Positions 63,962-64,000 of a stretch of 64,000 nt of DNA are shown here, in pieces. The translations under genes and the position numbers were made by a program. The notes below the pieces were generated by a model. That model had not been told where the DNA came from. It searched no databases and saw nothing but the letters and a program-made list of their open reading frames with translations. Source of the stretch: an uncultured Alphaproteobacteria bacterium (GTDB taxonomy: Bacteria > Pseudomonadota > Alphaproteobacteria > Methylaequorales > Methylaequoraceae); assembly GCA_902524895.1 (NCBI GenBank), contig CABZFH010000004.1, forward strand, positions 66,987 to 130,986, given 5' to 3'. The number at the start of each line of letters is the position of its first letter. The first letter of the stretch is position 1.

Positions 63962-64000
63962 AGAAATAATTGCTCTTTATTATATAGCTCTATTTCCCCT

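Overview
The window is very AT-rich (by eye about 70% A+T, not computed) and gene-dense, with tiny or overlapping gene junctions and Lys/Asn/Ile-rich proteins. This fits a streamlined marine alphaproteobacterium (SAR11/Pelagibacterales-like), but that is inference only because no database search was possible. Layout: (i) 1-10.9 kb is a housekeeping block: metG (partial), holB, tmk, DD-carboxypeptidase, rlpA, lytic transglycosylase, an lldD-like gene, yajQ, an orphan SF2 helicase and panD. (ii) 11.0-26.4 kb is an accessory island anchored on tRNA-Thr(UGU). It is closed on the right by a decayed copy of the tRNA 3' half and has no integrase. It carries a DprA-like/ComF-like PRTase pair, a block of tiny plus-strand ORFs, and a 9-kb seven-gene operon: three ParB/Srx-like paralogs, an SNF2 helicase, a small PD-(D/E)xK-like protein, a B12-domain radical SAM enzyme and a GHKL ATPase. 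I could not match this operon to any defence or DNA-modification system I know, and it is my top candidate for the undescribed system. (iii) 26.7-29.6 kb is a zone of gene decay. It holds an MGMT-like pseudogene with a stop codon at the active-site Cys position, and a 5'-truncated recQ fused without spacer to the last ~64 codons of a tolC-like gene. (iv) 29.7-47.2 kb holds two type I secretion modules. One is an RTX/FecR-like giant protein with its ABC and MFP. The other is a tolC-substrate-ABC-MFP operon in which the MFP carries a cNMP-binding domain; a CHASE2 nucleotidyl cyclase, a cNMP-binding protein and a DUF1538/PII-like set follow it. Its putative substrate is a 336-aa protein with no Lys, Arg, His, Cys or Trp and a near-perfect 99-bp tandem repeat. 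(v) 47.3-64 kb is mostly housekeeping: tRNA-Pro, tRNA-Arg, M32 carboxypeptidase, an HDAC-like gene, ABC-2 exporter, SemiSWEET, SelO, sitABCD-like Mn/Fe uptake and an acetolactate-synthase-like gene. It ends with an unlisted pqqA-like 25-codon ORF followed by a terminator. No rRNA, CRISPR array, transposase or integrase was seen. All functional calls rest on motifs read directly from the translations and on remembered family signatures, not on searches.
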